Source of the DNA: Nitrosomonas sp.
GTDB lineage: Bacteria > Pseudomonadota > Gammaproteobacteria > Burkholderiales > Nitrosomonadaceae
NCBI GenBank assembly: GCA_030682075.1
Contig: JAUXRH010000214.1
Location: forward strand, 1-54,050
Direction of reading: 5' to 3'
Length of the DNA stretch: 54,050 nucleotides
Under the pieces are notes generated by a model that did not search any database, was not told the origin of the DNA, and saw nothing but the letters and a program-made list of their open reading frames with translations. How positions within the stretch are numbered: position 1 is the stretch's first letter; each line of letters begins with the position of its first letter. Below are positions 31,272-43,910 of the stretch, piece by piece. Position numbers and translations under genes: made by a program.

Positions 31272-31624
31272 GGCGTCTATCGGACTTAAGTAATCTTGGC
31301 GAGCAAGGTGGTAAAGCGTGAACAGATTGACCGGATTTTGAAGTGCATAGTAATTTTATGCAACGAAGAATCGGGGTAATATGAACCGCTTGCCCTATTT
31401 GCGTAGTAGACCAGCTTTAAGGGCACCTCTAAAAATCCATATTTGCGAGCAGCCTCTTTGCGGCTTGCCTGCTTACCCCGTTTCGTCACCATACTTCGTT
31501 GCTCACAAAAAATATTTCCTTACCTATCAAGCATATGCTGCGTCAATATTTTTTATTCGCGACTGGTCTTGTTTAGAACTCTGGATTTTTAGAGGTGCCC
31601 TTAAGTTTAAGTCCGACAGATTTC
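31272..31624. mobile_element. Degenerate MITE family 2 copy hosting a nested family 1 copy
   Basis: Ends AGGCGTCTATCGGACTT and AAGTCCGACAGATTTCT each match the family 2 terminus at 14/17 positions; the interior resembles 35-80. Confidence 0.6.
31421..31600 (+). mobile_element. MITE family 1, copy 4
   Basis: 180 bp, perfect GGGCACCTCTAAAAATCCA/TGGATTTTTAGAGGTGCCC IRs, TTAA on both flanks. Confidence 0.95.
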
Positions 31625-31666
31625 TGAGAGTTCGAGTTCTGTCAATGACTGTACGCAAACCCGTTG

Positions 31667-33424
31667 CTAAAACTCACCCCACTCTTCATTGCTACCGTTG
31701 ACAACCTTTCTATTCATGTGGCTATGTTTACTTCTCACGACAGATGGCAATGTATTTTGCTTTAAAATTCCTCTTCTGGTGGCAGGTCGAATCGCTGAAG
31801 TATTTGTAATGGTCTGGCCCATAAGTGTGCTGGATTGGCCTCCTACTTTAAAAATTGAAATAGCGCCTGTCAGACTCTTTGCTTGATCTTCCAGAGATCC
31901 TGCGGCGGCAGCGGCTTCTTCTACCAGCGCTGCATTTTGTTGTGTCACTTCATCCATTTGAGTTATCGCCTGATTAATTTGCTCAATGCCTACGCTCTGT
32001 TCTTGCGAAGCGGCAGTAATTTCCGACATAATCTCAGCGACATGTGTAATTGAAGTAACAATCTCCGCTATGGTTGCACCAGCTTCATCCACCAGTTTGG
32101 CGCCGTTATCGATAGTTTCTACCGAATCATCGATAAGGTGTTTTATTTCTTTGGCTGCAGCGGCACTTCGTTGCGCAAGATTTCTCACTTCCGTCGCAAC
32201 AACGGCAAACCCCCGGCCTTGTTCTCCCGCACGAGCGGCCTCCACTGCGGCGTTTAATGCCAGAATATTGGTTTGAAATGCAATGCCATCGATGACGCTG
32301 ATGATGCTTGCAATTTTACTTGAACTGGCACTGATTGTAGACATGGTGCTAATGACATTCGTCATCATTTGACCACCCTTGACGGCAATATTGCTGGCAC
32401 TTGCAGAAAGTTGACTGGCCTGTCTGGAATTATCAGCATTTTGTGCGACGGTTGAAGTCAGTTGTTCCATACTGGATGCGGTTTCTTCAAGCGATGCCGC
32501 TTGTTCTTCAGTGCGTTGCGATAAATTCATATTACCCGATGCTATTTCACTGGACCCCACATTTACCGACTCGGCACTACTGCGAACATCAAGAACCGTT
32601 GCTCTTAGATTAATACCCATTTGAGCAATTGATTTAAATAATTCCCCAAATTCACCAGAATGCTCATCTGAAATTTTGATTCTTAAATCCCCTGCGGCCA
32701 ATGTATTGGATGCATCAATGGCTTTGCGTAAAGGCCGGACAGTACTTTGCACGATACAATAACCGCATATGCCCATTAATAAGGCGCCACTTAGGGTCGC
32801 TAGCGGAACAAAACTGTTCAGCCAGGGTGCGGCTGACATCTGCGTTTGTCCCCACCAGCCGGCGCCAGCAGCACCCATTAATAGTAGCGTTGGCAAAGAT
32901 AAATACATGGCGATACGTTTTCCAAAAGTCATGTGGAATAATGCAGCGACCTTACCTATAAAATCGGTACGAACGACCCCCCCATTCTTTATCGCAAGAT
33001 TTTTCGCCTTGCCTTCAATAAATCGACGGTAGATTGGCGCTACCTGCTCGATTAATTGACGTGATGGCTTCGTGCGGACAGACAAATAGCCAACGATATT
33101 TCCATTATCAATCAGCGGTGTGGCGTTACCAAGAACCCAGTAGTAATCGCCATTTTTACGACGGTTTTTAACCAGACCGGTCCACGGTTTGCCAGTCTGA
33201 AGCGTTTTCCATAGGTCTATAAATGCCTCCGGTGGCATATCTGGATGACGTACGATGTTGTGTGCCTTACCTAACAGCTCGTCTTCCGTGAATCCACTGA
33301 CCTCAATAAAAGTTTGGTTTACATAGGTAATGCGCCCCTTTGTATCGGTAGTCGATACAATCAAGGTGTCATCTCCGATAGGATATTCTATGTTGGAAAC
33401 AGGTAAATTAACTCTCATGCTCAT
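31667..33424 (-). CDS. aer: Aer-type PAS-containing methyl-accepting chemotaxis protein
   Basis: PAS domain [28 protein letters not shown] and MCP signature [30 protein letters not shown]; C-terminal pentapeptide EWGEF. Confidence 0.92.
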   Translation of the reverse strand: MSMRVNLPVSNIEYPIGDDTLIVSTTDTKGRITYVNQTFIEVSGFTEDELLGKAHNIVRHPDMPPEAFIDLWKTLQTGKPWTGLVKNRRKNGDYYWVLGNATPLIDNGNIVGYLSVRTKPSRQLIEQVAPIYRRFIEGKAKNLAIKNGGVVRTDFIGKVAALFHMTFGKRIAMYLSLPTLLLMGAAGAGWWGQTQMSAAPWLNSFVPLATLSGALLMGICGYCIVQSTVRPLRKAIDASNTLAAGDLRIKISDEHSGEFGELFKSIAQMGINLRATVLDVRSSAESVNVGSSEIASGNMNLSQRTEEQAASLEETASSMEQLTSTVAQNADNSRQASQLSASASNIAVKGGQMMTNVISTMSTISASSSKIASIISVIDGIAFQTNILALNAAVEAARAGEQGRGFAVVATEVRNLAQRSAAAAKEIKHLIDDSVETIDNGAKLVDEAGATIAEIVTSITHVAEIMSEITAASQEQSVGIEQINQAITQMDEVTQQNAALVEEAAAAAGSLEDQAKSLTGAISIFKVGGQSSTLMGQTITNTSAIRPATRRGILKQNTLPSVVRSKHSHMNRKVVNGSNEEWGEF

Positions 33425-33623
33425 CTCCCTTTATGATTAGAAATCAGGTTGTTTTAAAACGGTTAACCGGGGCTGGCCTATGTTTCCAGGTCACTGATCT
33501 GATATTGCGGCACGGTTACTATAAAATTTTGTCCAGAATATTCTGGAAATCCATAAGGAAATATCCTGTAAGCAAAGTAGGGAAAATCCTGCGACGTTGA
33601 AACTTTTTATGGTATGGCTTGTT

Positions 33624-35942
33624 TTAAATCAACGTTTGTTTATTGCCAGTCGATTTTTTCATGTATATTTCAAACTGTTCTTTCGGCAAGGGTCGAGCGT
33701 AATAGTAACCTTGGACTAAATTGACGTGATTCTCAATCAAAAATTGTTGCTGTTCAATGTTTTCTATACCCTCAGCGATCAACTCCAAACCAAGCGCTTG
33801 TCCCATCGCAATAATGGCTTTAACGATGGTGGCATCATTCTTTTTGGTAGAAACATTCAGCATGAATGATTTATCAATTTTCAGACAATCCAGAGGAAAC
33901 GCCTTTAAATAACCCAGGTTCGAATACCCGGTACCAAAGTCATCAACTGCAATTCGTACCCCGATTTTCTTGAGTTGATCCAGAACGTTATTGGCATTAA
34001 TCAATGGCGCATCGGTATTGCGGCAAACGCAGTCATAACTTCCCGAGCAATTTAAACTGAATGGCATCAAACAGCTTTCAGTAATCTCTATTTCCAGCGC
34101 CTCTGCTTTAAGGCCAGTTTCTGCTAATGTTGACTTTATATGATGAATCAGGTTGGGGTTTGAGATCTGTTGAGTAGAGAAATTAACGGCTATTCGCTCA
34201 ACAGGAATCGAGGTGTCTTGCCAGTGTTTCATGGTGGCGCAGGCTTCATGCAATATCCATTCGCCAAGCGAAATAATCAGATCGGATTGTTCCGCCAGCG
34301 GGATGAATTGGTCTGGAGCAATCAGTCCATGCCTGGGGTGTTGCCATCGCACCAGAGCTTCTACGCCAATAACCTGGCCACTGTTCAGATCTAATTGTGG
34401 CTGGTAGTGCAGCACCAATTCGTTTCGTTGCAACGCAAATCTCAGCTCTGTTTCCAGTGCCAACTGTGTAGATAAATAGTGACTCATGGATGCGGTGTAT
34501 AACCGGGAACATTTCTTTCCTTGTTCTTTTGCACGATACATTGCGGTGTCGGCATTCATTAACAGATCTTCATAAGTATTCCCGTTCTCAGGATAGAGAC
34601 TGATGCCGATAGAAGCTGAGATGAACACTTCCCGGGCGCCGATCAGTATGGGTTCTTCCAATAGCCGATTAATTTTTCCTGCTGCCGTTGTAGGGTCTTC
34701 AATCGAGTTTATGGGTTGCAGAATCAAGGCAAATTCATCACCCCCAAGTCGGGCCAGCACATCATTTTCCCGGATGTTCAGCCCTATTTTCCTGGCAACC
34801 ACCTGGAGCAATTCATCGCCGGCTGAATGGCCCATGGTATCGTTGATAATTTTGAACCCATCAAGATCGATATATAGGATCGCTATAGACTGCCGGTTGC
34901 GTTTGGCGCTGGCAACGGCCGAATTAAATAGTTCCTTGAACAGCGCCCGGTTCGGTAAACTGGTTAAACTGTCATAGAAGGCCATCTGTTGCAGTTGGGT
35001 TTCCATCGCTTTTTGCGTGCTGATGTCGGTAAGTATGGCAACATAGCCTATTGATTCTTGTTCAGTGTCCGTCGTCTTAATGGCGGAAATATTCAATATC
35101 TCGGGATAAATAGTGCCATCCTTGTGTCTGTTCCAGACTTCACCTTTCCAGTGTCCCGTTTGTTTTAATTTTTTCCATAGGGCGATGTAAAAAGCTTTGC
35201 TTTGCTTTCCTGACTGTAAAATCCGGGGGTTTTCCCCGATTAACTCTTGCTCGCTGTAACCCGTGATTTGAGTTATCGCGGGATTGATGGCAGTTATGGC
35301 GCCTTGCGGATCAGTGACCACAATACCTTCATGAGTGGAATTGAATATCTTCTCAGTTATTCTAATTTCTTTAAGTGATTGAGAGAGTTTTCGTGAACTG
35401 GCTCGGGCATCCAGAATATAGCTGATATATTGTCCAAGCAGTGTGAGTAAGCAGCTTTCCATAGAGTTAAAGGAAGCGTCTGGTAGTTCAGTGCCTATAT
35501 ACAGTGCCCCTGTACATTGATTATCAATCATCAGCGGTACTGCGATGATAGCTGAGGCTTTTATTCTAACCATGAAATCCCGCCAGACATCACCACCTGC
35601 TTCACTGGTTGTTTTTTCAATATACTGGATCGGTGTTTTTTCGTGCATACATTGGGTGATCAGATTATCCTTGACGGATAGGCCATTCCAGTATGTATGC
35701 AATAATGAAGTCATTGCTCCTTCTGCGGCCACTATCTTGCTGCTGCTTCTATCTGGCTGGATGTCACCTATCCATACAATCAGGTAAGTTTCGTGTAATA
35801 ACAGTTTGTTGCAGACTGTTCGCAGAAGGTCTTCGTCACTGGCGTATTTCAATAACATGCTGTTGTAGATTTCCAGAATGAGACTCATCAGCAAAGAACT
35901 GTTATTGCATTTGACGGGCATATCCATTTTTTTGTAGACCAT
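33624..35942 (-). CDS. GAF-PAS-GGDEF-EAL diguanylate cyclase/phosphodiesterase
   Basis: GAF-like N-terminus, PAS, ARLGGDEF, VEALVRW and DDFGTGYS. Start uncertain (35942 or 35927). Confidence 0.92.
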   Translation of the reverse strand: MVYKKMDMPVKCNNSSLLMSLILEIYNSMLLKYASDEDLLRTVCNKLLLHETYLIVWIGDIQPDRSSSKIVAAEGAMTSLLHTYWNGLSVKDNLITQCMHEKTPIQYIEKTTSEAGGDVWRDFMVRIKASAIIAVPLMIDNQCTGALYIGTELPDASFNSMESCLLTLLGQYISYILDARASSRKLSQSLKEIRITEKIFNSTHEGIVVTDPQGAITAINPAITQITGYSEQELIGENPRILQSGKQSKAFYIALWKKLKQTGHWKGEVWNRHKDGTIYPEILNISAIKTTDTEQESIGYVAILTDISTQKAMETQLQQMAFYDSLTSLPNRALFKELFNSAVASAKRNRQSIAILYIDLDGFKIINDTMGHSAGDELLQVVARKIGLNIRENDVLARLGGDEFALILQPINSIEDPTTAAGKINRLLEEPILIGAREVFISASIGISLYPENGNTYEDLLMNADTAMYRAKEQGKKCSRLYTASMSHYLSTQLALETELRFALQRNELVLHYQPQLDLNSGQVIGVEALVRWQHPRHGLIAPDQFIPLAEQSDLIISLGEWILHEACATMKHWQDTSIPVERIAVNFSTQQISNPNLIHHIKSTLAETGLKAEALEIEITESCLMPFSLNCSGSYDCVCRNTDAPLINANNVLDQLKKIGVRIAVDDFGTGYSNLGYLKAFPLDCLKIDKSFMLNVSTKKNDATIVKAIIAMGQALGLELIAEGIENIEQQQFLIENHVNLVQGYYYARPLPKEQFEIYMKKSTGNKQTLI

Positions 35943-36072
35943 TAATTTTAACTGAATGATAATACGGCATATAACTTGGGTATATTTGTCGGATATATCA
36001 GAAAATGCGCGTAGGATAATTCTCATAATAGGGTTCTCTGATGACCGGATACACGACTGATTTTTGATAACC

Positions 36073-37683
36073 ATGGATAAATTCAAGAAACTGGAATCTG
36101 ATGAGTTGCTGCAATATGCCGAAGAAAGAGTAAATAGTTTGACTGGGCAAGCCAAATCAGTGACCGAGATAGCGCAACGCCTGCGACATTCGCTGGTGCG
36201 GCAAATTCAGCTGGATAGGCAACTCGAGTGGCAATTGAAAGAGAGATTAAAGGAATTATCCTGTCTTTATGCGATTCGCCTCGACATGGATCTGGATCTG
36301 TCAGTAGATGAATTTCTGCAACGATTATTCAAGCACCTGATAACGGCAATGCAGTTCCCGGAGATGGCGGTTGCCATGGTCGAGTTTGAAGGGGAGCAGT
36401 TTGTTTCTGACAATTACAGTCAAGCGCTTAGGCATGGATTGCATGCGCCGATCATGATCGGCCATAAAATGCGCGGTCAGTTGCGGCTCTTTTATACTGA
36501 AGATAAACCTTTTCTCCTGCCAGAAGAGCAGAATCTGATCGAGGCCATTGCAACTGATTTGCAGCGATGGTTTGAGCGCAGGAAAATAATCAATGACCTC
36601 CAGTCCTCATTAAAAGAAGTCAAGATGATTCAATTAGCACTGGATGCGCACGCCATCGTCGCGATTACCGACAGGCAGGGAAGAATTACTTACGCTAATG
36701 ATAAATTCTGCGATATTTCCAAGTATTCACGCGAGGAGCTGCTGGGTCAGGATCACCGCATCATTAACGCTCATTTTCACCCAAAAGAATTTATGCACAA
36801 TCTATGGCGAACGATCGCAACAGGCGATGTCTGGAGAGGTGAGATCAAGAATCGCGCCAGGGATGGCGCTTTTTACTGGGTAGATACCACGATCGTGCCA
36901 TTTCTTGATGCGGCGAAAAAACCGTACCAATATATCGCCATTCGCACCGAGATTACCCAGTGTAAGGAGATGGCGCGATTGATGGAAATGCAAATTACGG
37001 AACTGGCGCGCTCCAATAGTGAATTGGCGCAGTTTACCTATGTTGCCACGCATGACTTGCAGGAGCCACTTAGATCGGTGTCCAGTTGTGTTCTGCTGCT
37101 CAAAAAACGTTACGAGAAACAGCTCGATGCATGTGCTGATGAATTCATCTCACATGCGGTGAGTGGTGTTGAGCGGATGCAGGCGCTGATTAATGATCTT
37201 TCGGTCTATTCGCGGGTTGATGCAAGCCGAAGCGCCATACCAACGGATTGTTCGAAATTACTGGATAATGTGCTGGCAAATCTCACGCTGAGCCTTGCGG
37301 AAAGTGGCGCGGCAATCACTCATGAAGCGCTGCCTATGATCAATGGAAACCCAAACCAGTTGGCCCAAGTCTTCCAGAACCTCATCAGCAATGCTATCAA
37401 GTTTTGTGGAGGACATCCACCGAAAATTCATATCGGCGCGGTACGCAAAGACGGCGCATGGATATTCTCTGTTGCTGACCAGGGTATCGGTATTGAAGCA
37501 CAATATTTTGAGCGTATATTTCGTATATTTCAGCGCCTGCATACACGCAAGGATTATCCTGGCACAGGTATTGGACTCGCAATTTGCAAGAAAGCAGTCG
37601 AATATCACGATGGCCGCATCTGGGTCGAATCCAGTCCCGGGAAAGGCGCTACTTTTTATTTTTCTATTCCAGATAGGAGATAA
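36073..37683 (+). CDS. Cytoplasmic PAS sensor histidine kinase (Cph1-like kinase core)
   Basis: PAS (KNRARDGAFYWV), YVATHDLQEPLR, FQRLH and GTGIGLAIC motifs. Confidence 0.92.
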   Translation: MDKFKKLESDELLQYAEERVNSLTGQAKSVTEIAQRLRHSLVRQIQLDRQLEWQLKERLKELSCLYAIRLDMDLDLSVDEFLQRLFKHLITAMQFPEMAVAMVEFEGEQFVSDNYSQALRHGLHAPIMIGHKMRGQLRLFYTEDKPFLLPEEQNLIEAIATDLQRWFERRKIINDLQSSLKEVKMIQLALDAHAIVAITDRQGRITYANDKFCDISKYSREELLGQDHRIINAHFHPKEFMHNLWRTIATGDVWRGEIKNRARDGAFYWVDTTIVPFLDAAKKPYQYIAIRTEITQCKEMARLMEMQITELARSNSELAQFTYVATHDLQEPLRSVSSCVLLLKKRYEKQLDACADEFISHAVSGVERMQALINDLSVYSRVDASRSAIPTDCSKLLDNVLANLTLSLAESGAAITHEALPMINGNPNQLAQVFQNLISNAIKFCGGHPPKIHIGAVRKDGAWIFSVADQGIGIEAQYFERIFRIFQRLHTRKDYPGTGIGLAICKKAVEYHDGRIWVESSPGKGATFYFSIPDRR

Positions 37684-37689
37684 CATGCT

Positions 37690-38145
37690 ATGAATGATCA
37701 TAAACAATTTCGTCCAATCAATATCTTAATGGCTGAGGACAATCCAACGGATGTCATGTTGACCAAGGAAGCGCTGGCCAGCTCAAAAATCATCTCCGAA
37801 CTGCACATAGTCGATGATGGGGTAGAGGCGATCGCGTTTCTGTATCAGCAAGGCAAATATATTCACGTGCCGCGTCCAGATTTAATTCTGCTGGATTTGA
37901 ACATGCCACGGAAGAGTGGCCTGGAAGTATTGGCTGAACTCAAACAGAACATGAGCCTGAAAAGTATTCCCGTCATCATTCTCACGACTTCAAATTCTGA
38001 TGAAGACATTGCCGAAGCCTATGGACATTACACTAATTGCTATATCAGAAAGCCAATGGATTTTGACAGTTTCATTCAAATAATACAGTCAGTACAGCAT
38101 TTCTGGTTCCAGATCGTGACGTTACCAACGAAATCAATATTCTGA
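37690..38145 (+). CDS. Single-domain response regulator (Rcp1-like)
   Basis: ILMAEDNPTD, PDLILLDLNMP, ILTTS and NCYIRKP..FW motifs. Confidence 0.92.
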   Translation: MNDHKQFRPINILMAEDNPTDVMLTKEALASSKIISELHIVDDGVEAIAFLYQQGKYIHVPRPDLILLDLNMPRKSGLEVLAELKQNMSLKSIPVIILTTSNSDEDIAEAYGHYTNCYIRKPMDFDSFIQIIQSVQHFWFQIVTLPTKSIF

Positions 38146-38150
38146 AAAAA

Positions 38151-39596
38151 ATGATTAAAAACGTGATTCGAGTTCTTCTGATAGAAGACAATCCAACCGA
38201 CGCATTGTTGGTAAAAGACGAATTACTTCATGTGATGACAGGACAATTTGCCGTGACACATGTCGAGCGCTTGAGTGAAGCGCTTGAGTATGTGCGACAA
38301 CATGACGCTGATGTGATATTACTGGATCTCAATTTGCCGGACAGCAACGGTTTCGAAACATTCAATCGAGTTCATGAAGCAGCTGCAAGCATTCCCATTG
38401 CATTATTATCCTATCGAGCCGATGAACCGCTCGCTCTCCAAATGATTCAGGCGGGCGCCCAGGACTATCTGGTTAAAGGGCGTATGGCTGAGGGTGTGTT
38501 GTCACGTGTTATTCGCTATTCCATTGAACGTAAACGGGCGGAAGAATCCATCAAGTATGCCGAGCTGAGATTTCAGACTATTTTTGAGAAAGCTCCCGTG
38601 GGGATTGCATTGATCAATTCATTGACCGAAGCGTTCGTTCACGTTAATGCAAAGTATGCGGAAATTTCCGGATATGATTTGAAAGAATTCAAGAATATTA
38701 ACCGAATGCAGATCATCTATCCTGATGATGTACCGGCGTACCAGGATAAAATAGCATTGCTGAATGCCCAGCAGATTCATGATTTCAGAATATCCAGCAG
38801 ATTGGTTCGTCCTGATGAGTCTGTCATATGGATTGATATGTCGGTTGCGTCCATCAACTATAAGGACAATCTTTTATACCACTTGTGCATGATCGAAGAT
38901 ACCACCGCGAAAAAACAGGCGATGGAGAAATTGCATGCCTTGACCAAGCATTTGCAGAACATACGGGAAGATGAGCGAGCAAAAATTTCCAGGGAAATTC
39001 ATGATGTGCTGGGGGGCATCATGTCAGTAATCAGAATGGATCTTGATTGGCTTTGCAGAAAGGCTAAATCCGAATTTGAATCCTTTTATCCAAGGATTCA
39101 TTCCATGCACCAATTAACTGGAGAGGCCATAGAGCTCATACGCAAGATATCGAAGGACTTGCGCCCCAGTGTCCTGGATAATCTTGGACTCAAAGAGGCG
39201 ATCAAGGGGTTGGTGCGAGAATTTGAGCAGCATCATGACATAAAATGTCATCTGACGATAAACAAGGCAGGTTTTTCCAGCCTGGGAAAACGGCATGAAA
39301 CAGAGATTTTTAGAATTATCCAGGAAGCATTTACCAATATCGCACAGCACGCGCAGGCGACGGTTATAGAAGTTAACCTTACCAAAATTGGAAAAAATAT
39401 GGTGATAGAAATCAGGGATAATGGTATTGGAATCACCGAACAGCAATTACTGGATCAGAATTCTTTTGGATTTCTCGGGATGTTTGAACGTGCCGAACAA
39501 TTGAATGGCAAGCTAAAAATAAGTGGCAATCCATCTCAGGGCAGCATAGTGCAATTGAGTATACCGCTTACCATAGTGTCTCGGAGAAAGAAATAA
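38151..39596 (+). CDS. REC-PAS-HisKA_3 sensor kinase
   Basis: N-terminal receiver, PAS, ERAKISREIHD, FRIIQEAFTNI and GFLGMFER. Confidence 0.9.
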   Translation: MIKNVIRVLLIEDNPTDALLVKDELLHVMTGQFAVTHVERLSEALEYVRQHDADVILLDLNLPDSNGFETFNRVHEAAASIPIALLSYRADEPLALQMIQAGAQDYLVKGRMAEGVLSRVIRYSIERKRAEESIKYAELRFQTIFEKAPVGIALINSLTEAFVHVNAKYAEISGYDLKEFKNINRMQIIYPDDVPAYQDKIALLNAQQIHDFRISSRLVRPDESVIWIDMSVASINYKDNLLYHLCMIEDTTAKKQAMEKLHALTKHLQNIREDERAKISREIHDVLGGIMSVIRMDLDWLCRKAKSEFESFYPRIHSMHQLTGEAIELIRKISKDLRPSVLDNLGLKEAIKGLVREFEQHHDIKCHLTINKAGFSSLGKRHETEIFRIIQEAFTNIAQHAQATVIEVNLTKIGKNMVIEIRDNGIGITEQQLLDQNSFGFLGMFERAEQLNGKLKISGNPSQGSIVQLSIPLTIVSRRKK

Positions 39597-39601
39597 GTGA
39601 T

Positions 39602-40237
39602 ATGGTAATCAGAGTTCTAATAGTTGATGATCACACCCTTTTCCGGGATGGAATAAAACGAATTTTTGAAGAAACATCGGATATTGTCATTGCCGCTGAA
39701 GCCAGGAATGCACGCGCGGCTTTGAAAGCGGGACGTGATTGTGAATGGGATGTGATGATTCTGGATATCAATCTGCCAGATATGAATGGACTGGAAGTGC
39801 TTAAGCGATTGAAGGCTTATAAACTTAGCTTTCAAATTCTGGTTCTAAGCATGTATCCTGAGGATGAGTATGCCATTAGAGCGTTACGTACAGGCGCAAG
39901 CGCTTATCTCACCAAAGATTGCTCAATCGACCTTCTCCTCAGCGTGATTCGTCGACTGGCAGCTGGCGGAAGATATGTGAGTCAGGAGCTGGCCGAGAAA
40001 TTGCTCTTTGATGATGATTGTGAATCGAGAGTACAGCCGCATTTAAGTTTTTCTGACAGAGAACTGCATATTTTTAAATTAATCTGCGCTGGGGAACCCT
40101 TGACTTCAATTGGACTAAAATTATCAATTAGTATAAAAACGGTGAGTACATACCGGACACGCATCCTGAAAAAGATGGGTATGAAAAATAACTTGCAGTT
40201 GTTCCAGTATGCGACAGAACACAAGTTATTAGAATAA
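39602..40237 (+). CDS. NarL/UvrY-family response regulator (REC plus LuxR HTH)
   Basis: VLIVDDH, LDINLPD, SDRE and SIKTVSTYRTRILKKM motifs. Confidence 0.93.
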   Translation: MVIRVLIVDDHTLFRDGIKRIFEETSDIVIAAEARNARAALKAGRDCEWDVMILDINLPDMNGLEVLKRLKAYKLSFQILVLSMYPEDEYAIRALRTGASAYLTKDCSIDLLLSVIRRLAAGGRYVSQELAEKLLFDDDCESRVQPHLSFSDRELHIFKLICAGEPLTSIGLKLSISIKTVSTYRTRILKKMGMKNNLQLFQYATEHKLLE

Positions 40238-40248
40238 AAGGACAATAA

Positions 40249-40429
40249 GGGCACTTCTAAAAATCCATATTTTGCGAGCAGCCGCTTTGCGGCTTGCCTG
40301 CTTACCCCGTTTCGTCACCATACTTCGTTGCCCGCAAAAAATGTTTCCTTACCTATCCATCATCTGCTGCGGCAATATTTTTTATTCGCGCCGGGTCTTG
40401 TTTAGAACCCAGAATTTTTAGAGGTGCCC
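40249..40429 (+). mobile_element. MITE family 1, copy 5
   Basis: 181 bp, terminal IRs, ATAA on both flanks. Confidence 0.92.
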
Positions 40430-40500
40430 ATAAGATATTGAAGGTTGTTGCCACGAGCCTGAATTGGATTCCATCTTCAGCTGACTCGTGATAAATAAAA

Positions 40501-40534
40501 TTACCCGGAATTAACTGGCATTAATTCCGGGTAA
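40501..40534. terminator. 14-bp inverted repeat between convergent genes, probable terminator
   Basis: TTACCCGGAATTAA-CTGGCA-TTAATTCCGGGTAA, followed by a T-rich run on the minus strand. Confidence 0.65.
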
Positions 40535-40548
40535 ATATACGAAGCTTT

Positions 40549-42078
40549 TTAGCTGGCTTCTTGTTTGAATTCATCAGCTAAGCTAGCGAGATGGCTGACT
40601 TTCTGACTCATTGCGCTACTCGCTGCGGCAGCTTGTTCAACCAAGGTCGCATTTTGTTGGGTTGTTTCATCAATTTGCGTGATGGCCTGATTAATCTGTT
40701 CAATACCATTTGCCTGTTCCTGACAGGAGTCGGAAATTTCCGCCACGATATCAGAAATCTTCTTCATACTTTCATTTATCATTCTTAATGATTTTCCAGA
40801 CTCATTAGCCAGCTCAGTTCCAGTCTCTACTTTGGAAACACTGTCACTAATCAGATCTTTGATCTGCTTTGCTGATTCGGCACTGCGACCCGCGAGATTA
40901 CGCACCTCATTGGCAACGACTGCAAAACCGCGACCTTGTTCCCCGGCGCGTGCTGCTTCTACGGCCGCATTGAGTGCCAGCAAGTTGGTTTGAAAGGCAA
41001 TTTCATCGATTACATTGGTAATATCTGCAATCTTCTTACTGCTGCTGTTAATTTCAGACATTGCTTTAATAGTACTGGCAACAACATCCGTGCTTTTTTC
41101 CGCTTGCTGTTGTGTTTCCAGGACAAGCTTATCCGCTTCTCTTGCATTGTCTGCATTCTGCCGCACGGCAGCGGTCATTTCTTCCATGCTGGATGCCGTT
41201 TCTTCCAGGCTGGATGCCTGGCTCTCAGTACGGCTGGAGAGATCCATGTTACCCGTCTCTATTTCATGTGAAGCGGTCTCCAGTACTGAAGACGACTCTT
41301 TTAGTCGGCCAATTGCGGCACGTAGTTTTGCATTCAAAAATATCTGGGCATGTTCAATTTGTCCCAGATCATCATTTCTCCCTGTATAAACAAATCGAGC
41401 CAGTGGATCATTGGCGATGCGAGTTGATCTCTTTGCCATATCACGGAGCGCACTGAACATTTTGAATATAACAGCATAAGCTAACAGGCTGCCGACACCA
41501 AATCCAATCAGCGCCAAAAATACTGAAATTTGCCCGGCAATCGCAAAACCGCCAAAAGTAATTGCAAAGATACTGGTGATAGCGAGTGATACTTTTGTGG
41601 TGAAACTGAGTGGAAAATGTGTAAGCTTGACTTCATGTAACGTCGAGCGTTTTTTATCCTCGGGTGATTTTTTCGACATGATCCTGGCATACAAAGAATC
41701 AGCGCGATCAATCCAGGCTTTTTGCGGCTTTACCCTGACAGACTGATAGCCAGCAATCTTGCCGTTTTCATATTGTGGGCTGGCAAGAGCGTCGACCCAG
41801 TAGTGATCCCCGTTTTTATTGCGGTTTTTAACTATTCCCATCCAGGGATTGCCGGATTTGAGTGCATCCCATAGCATCGCATAGGCTTCAGGTGGCACAT
41901 CGGGATGGCGAATAATATTGTGATTCTTATTTTCCAGCTCTTCCCAGGTGAAGCCACTCATTCTGACAAAATCTTCATTTGCCGACGTGAGCGCTCCTTT
42001 GAGGTTGGTGGTTGAAATGATCGTAGTATCATTACCCATACCCATATCATTTTGTGTGACCGGTTCATTAATTCTCAT
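40549..42078 (-). CDS. aer: Second Aer-type PAS-containing MCP
   Basis: [32 protein letters not shown] and MCP signature. Confidence 0.92.
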   Translation of the reverse strand: MRINEPVTQNDMGMGNDTTIISTTNLKGALTSANEDFVRMSGFTWEELENKNHNIIRHPDVPPEAYAMLWDALKSGNPWMGIVKNRNKNGDHYWVDALASPQYENGKIAGYQSVRVKPQKAWIDRADSLYARIMSKKSPEDKKRSTLHEVKLTHFPLSFTTKVSLAITSIFAITFGGFAIAGQISVFLALIGFGVGSLLAYAVIFKMFSALRDMAKRSTRIANDPLARFVYTGRNDDLGQIEHAQIFLNAKLRAAIGRLKESSSVLETASHEIETGNMDLSSRTESQASSLEETASSMEEMTAAVRQNADNAREADKLVLETQQQAEKSTDVVASTIKAMSEINSSSKKIADITNVIDEIAFQTNLLALNAAVEAARAGEQGRGFAVVANEVRNLAGRSAESAKQIKDLISDSVSKVETGTELANESGKSLRMINESMKKISDIVAEISDSCQEQANGIEQINQAITQIDETTQQNATLVEQAAAASSAMSQKVSHLASLADEFKQEAS

Positions 42079-42143
42079 TCTTAGCCGCCTTTATGGATAT
42101 TGAAAATAAATGGTTCAAGCACTGTTTGTTATGCCCATGCATG

Positions 42144-42170
42144 GCTTCGGCATAATAAATTATTTATTTA
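42144..42170 (-). promoter_or_regulatory. Sigma28 (FliA)-type promoter of the second aer
   Basis: TAAA-N15-GCCGAAGC on the minus strand, against consensus TAAA-N15-GCCGATAA. Confidence 0.65.
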
Positions 42171-42327
42171 GGACGCTATAAAAAGATTAACCACCTGATC
42201 ACAGGGCATTTCTGGCCGCAGAGAATTTTTTTGTATTAGGAATTATCCTACAACTTATTGAATGCGGTGGAATATTTAGTGCAGGCGTGTTCCTGAAAAT
42301 GATGGGTGACTGATTTGTGATTTTTGA

Positions 42328-43491
<1,164 letters not shown>

Positions 43492-43910
43492 CTAAATTGG
43501 ATGAATAATAAGAAAAGATACTGAAACAGACGGTTTCTCAATCCATCGGGTGTAAGAGTTTTATAATAATATGTCAATAAGCTTTATTATTAGGGTAGGG
43601 GTTTACGTGATAATCATGTAAATTTACCAGTTATCTCCGGGTTTTCAGCAGATGTTTGATTTTACACGCCTGATTCATGTCTTGCACTGAAGTCTTAACC
43701 TGGATATTGCATGAATTCGCACGATGATCACGCATGGTATTGGTTTCACAAGGGATTTTTCGAAGAAGCGGTGTAGTTATTCATACACCTGACTGAGACA
43801 ATTCCTTGTGGAATCAAGAGACAAGTGAGGGCGTGTGCAATTCATGCAATATCCGGGTCAAGTTATAGGTGGTGACTTAATTGGGTTCAATCTACAAAGG
43901 GTAAATTATT

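Noticed and set aside
31421-40429. Composite transposon formed by MITE copies 4 and 5
   Set aside because: Each copy has its own, different target duplication (TTAA versus ATAA), so they inserted independently.
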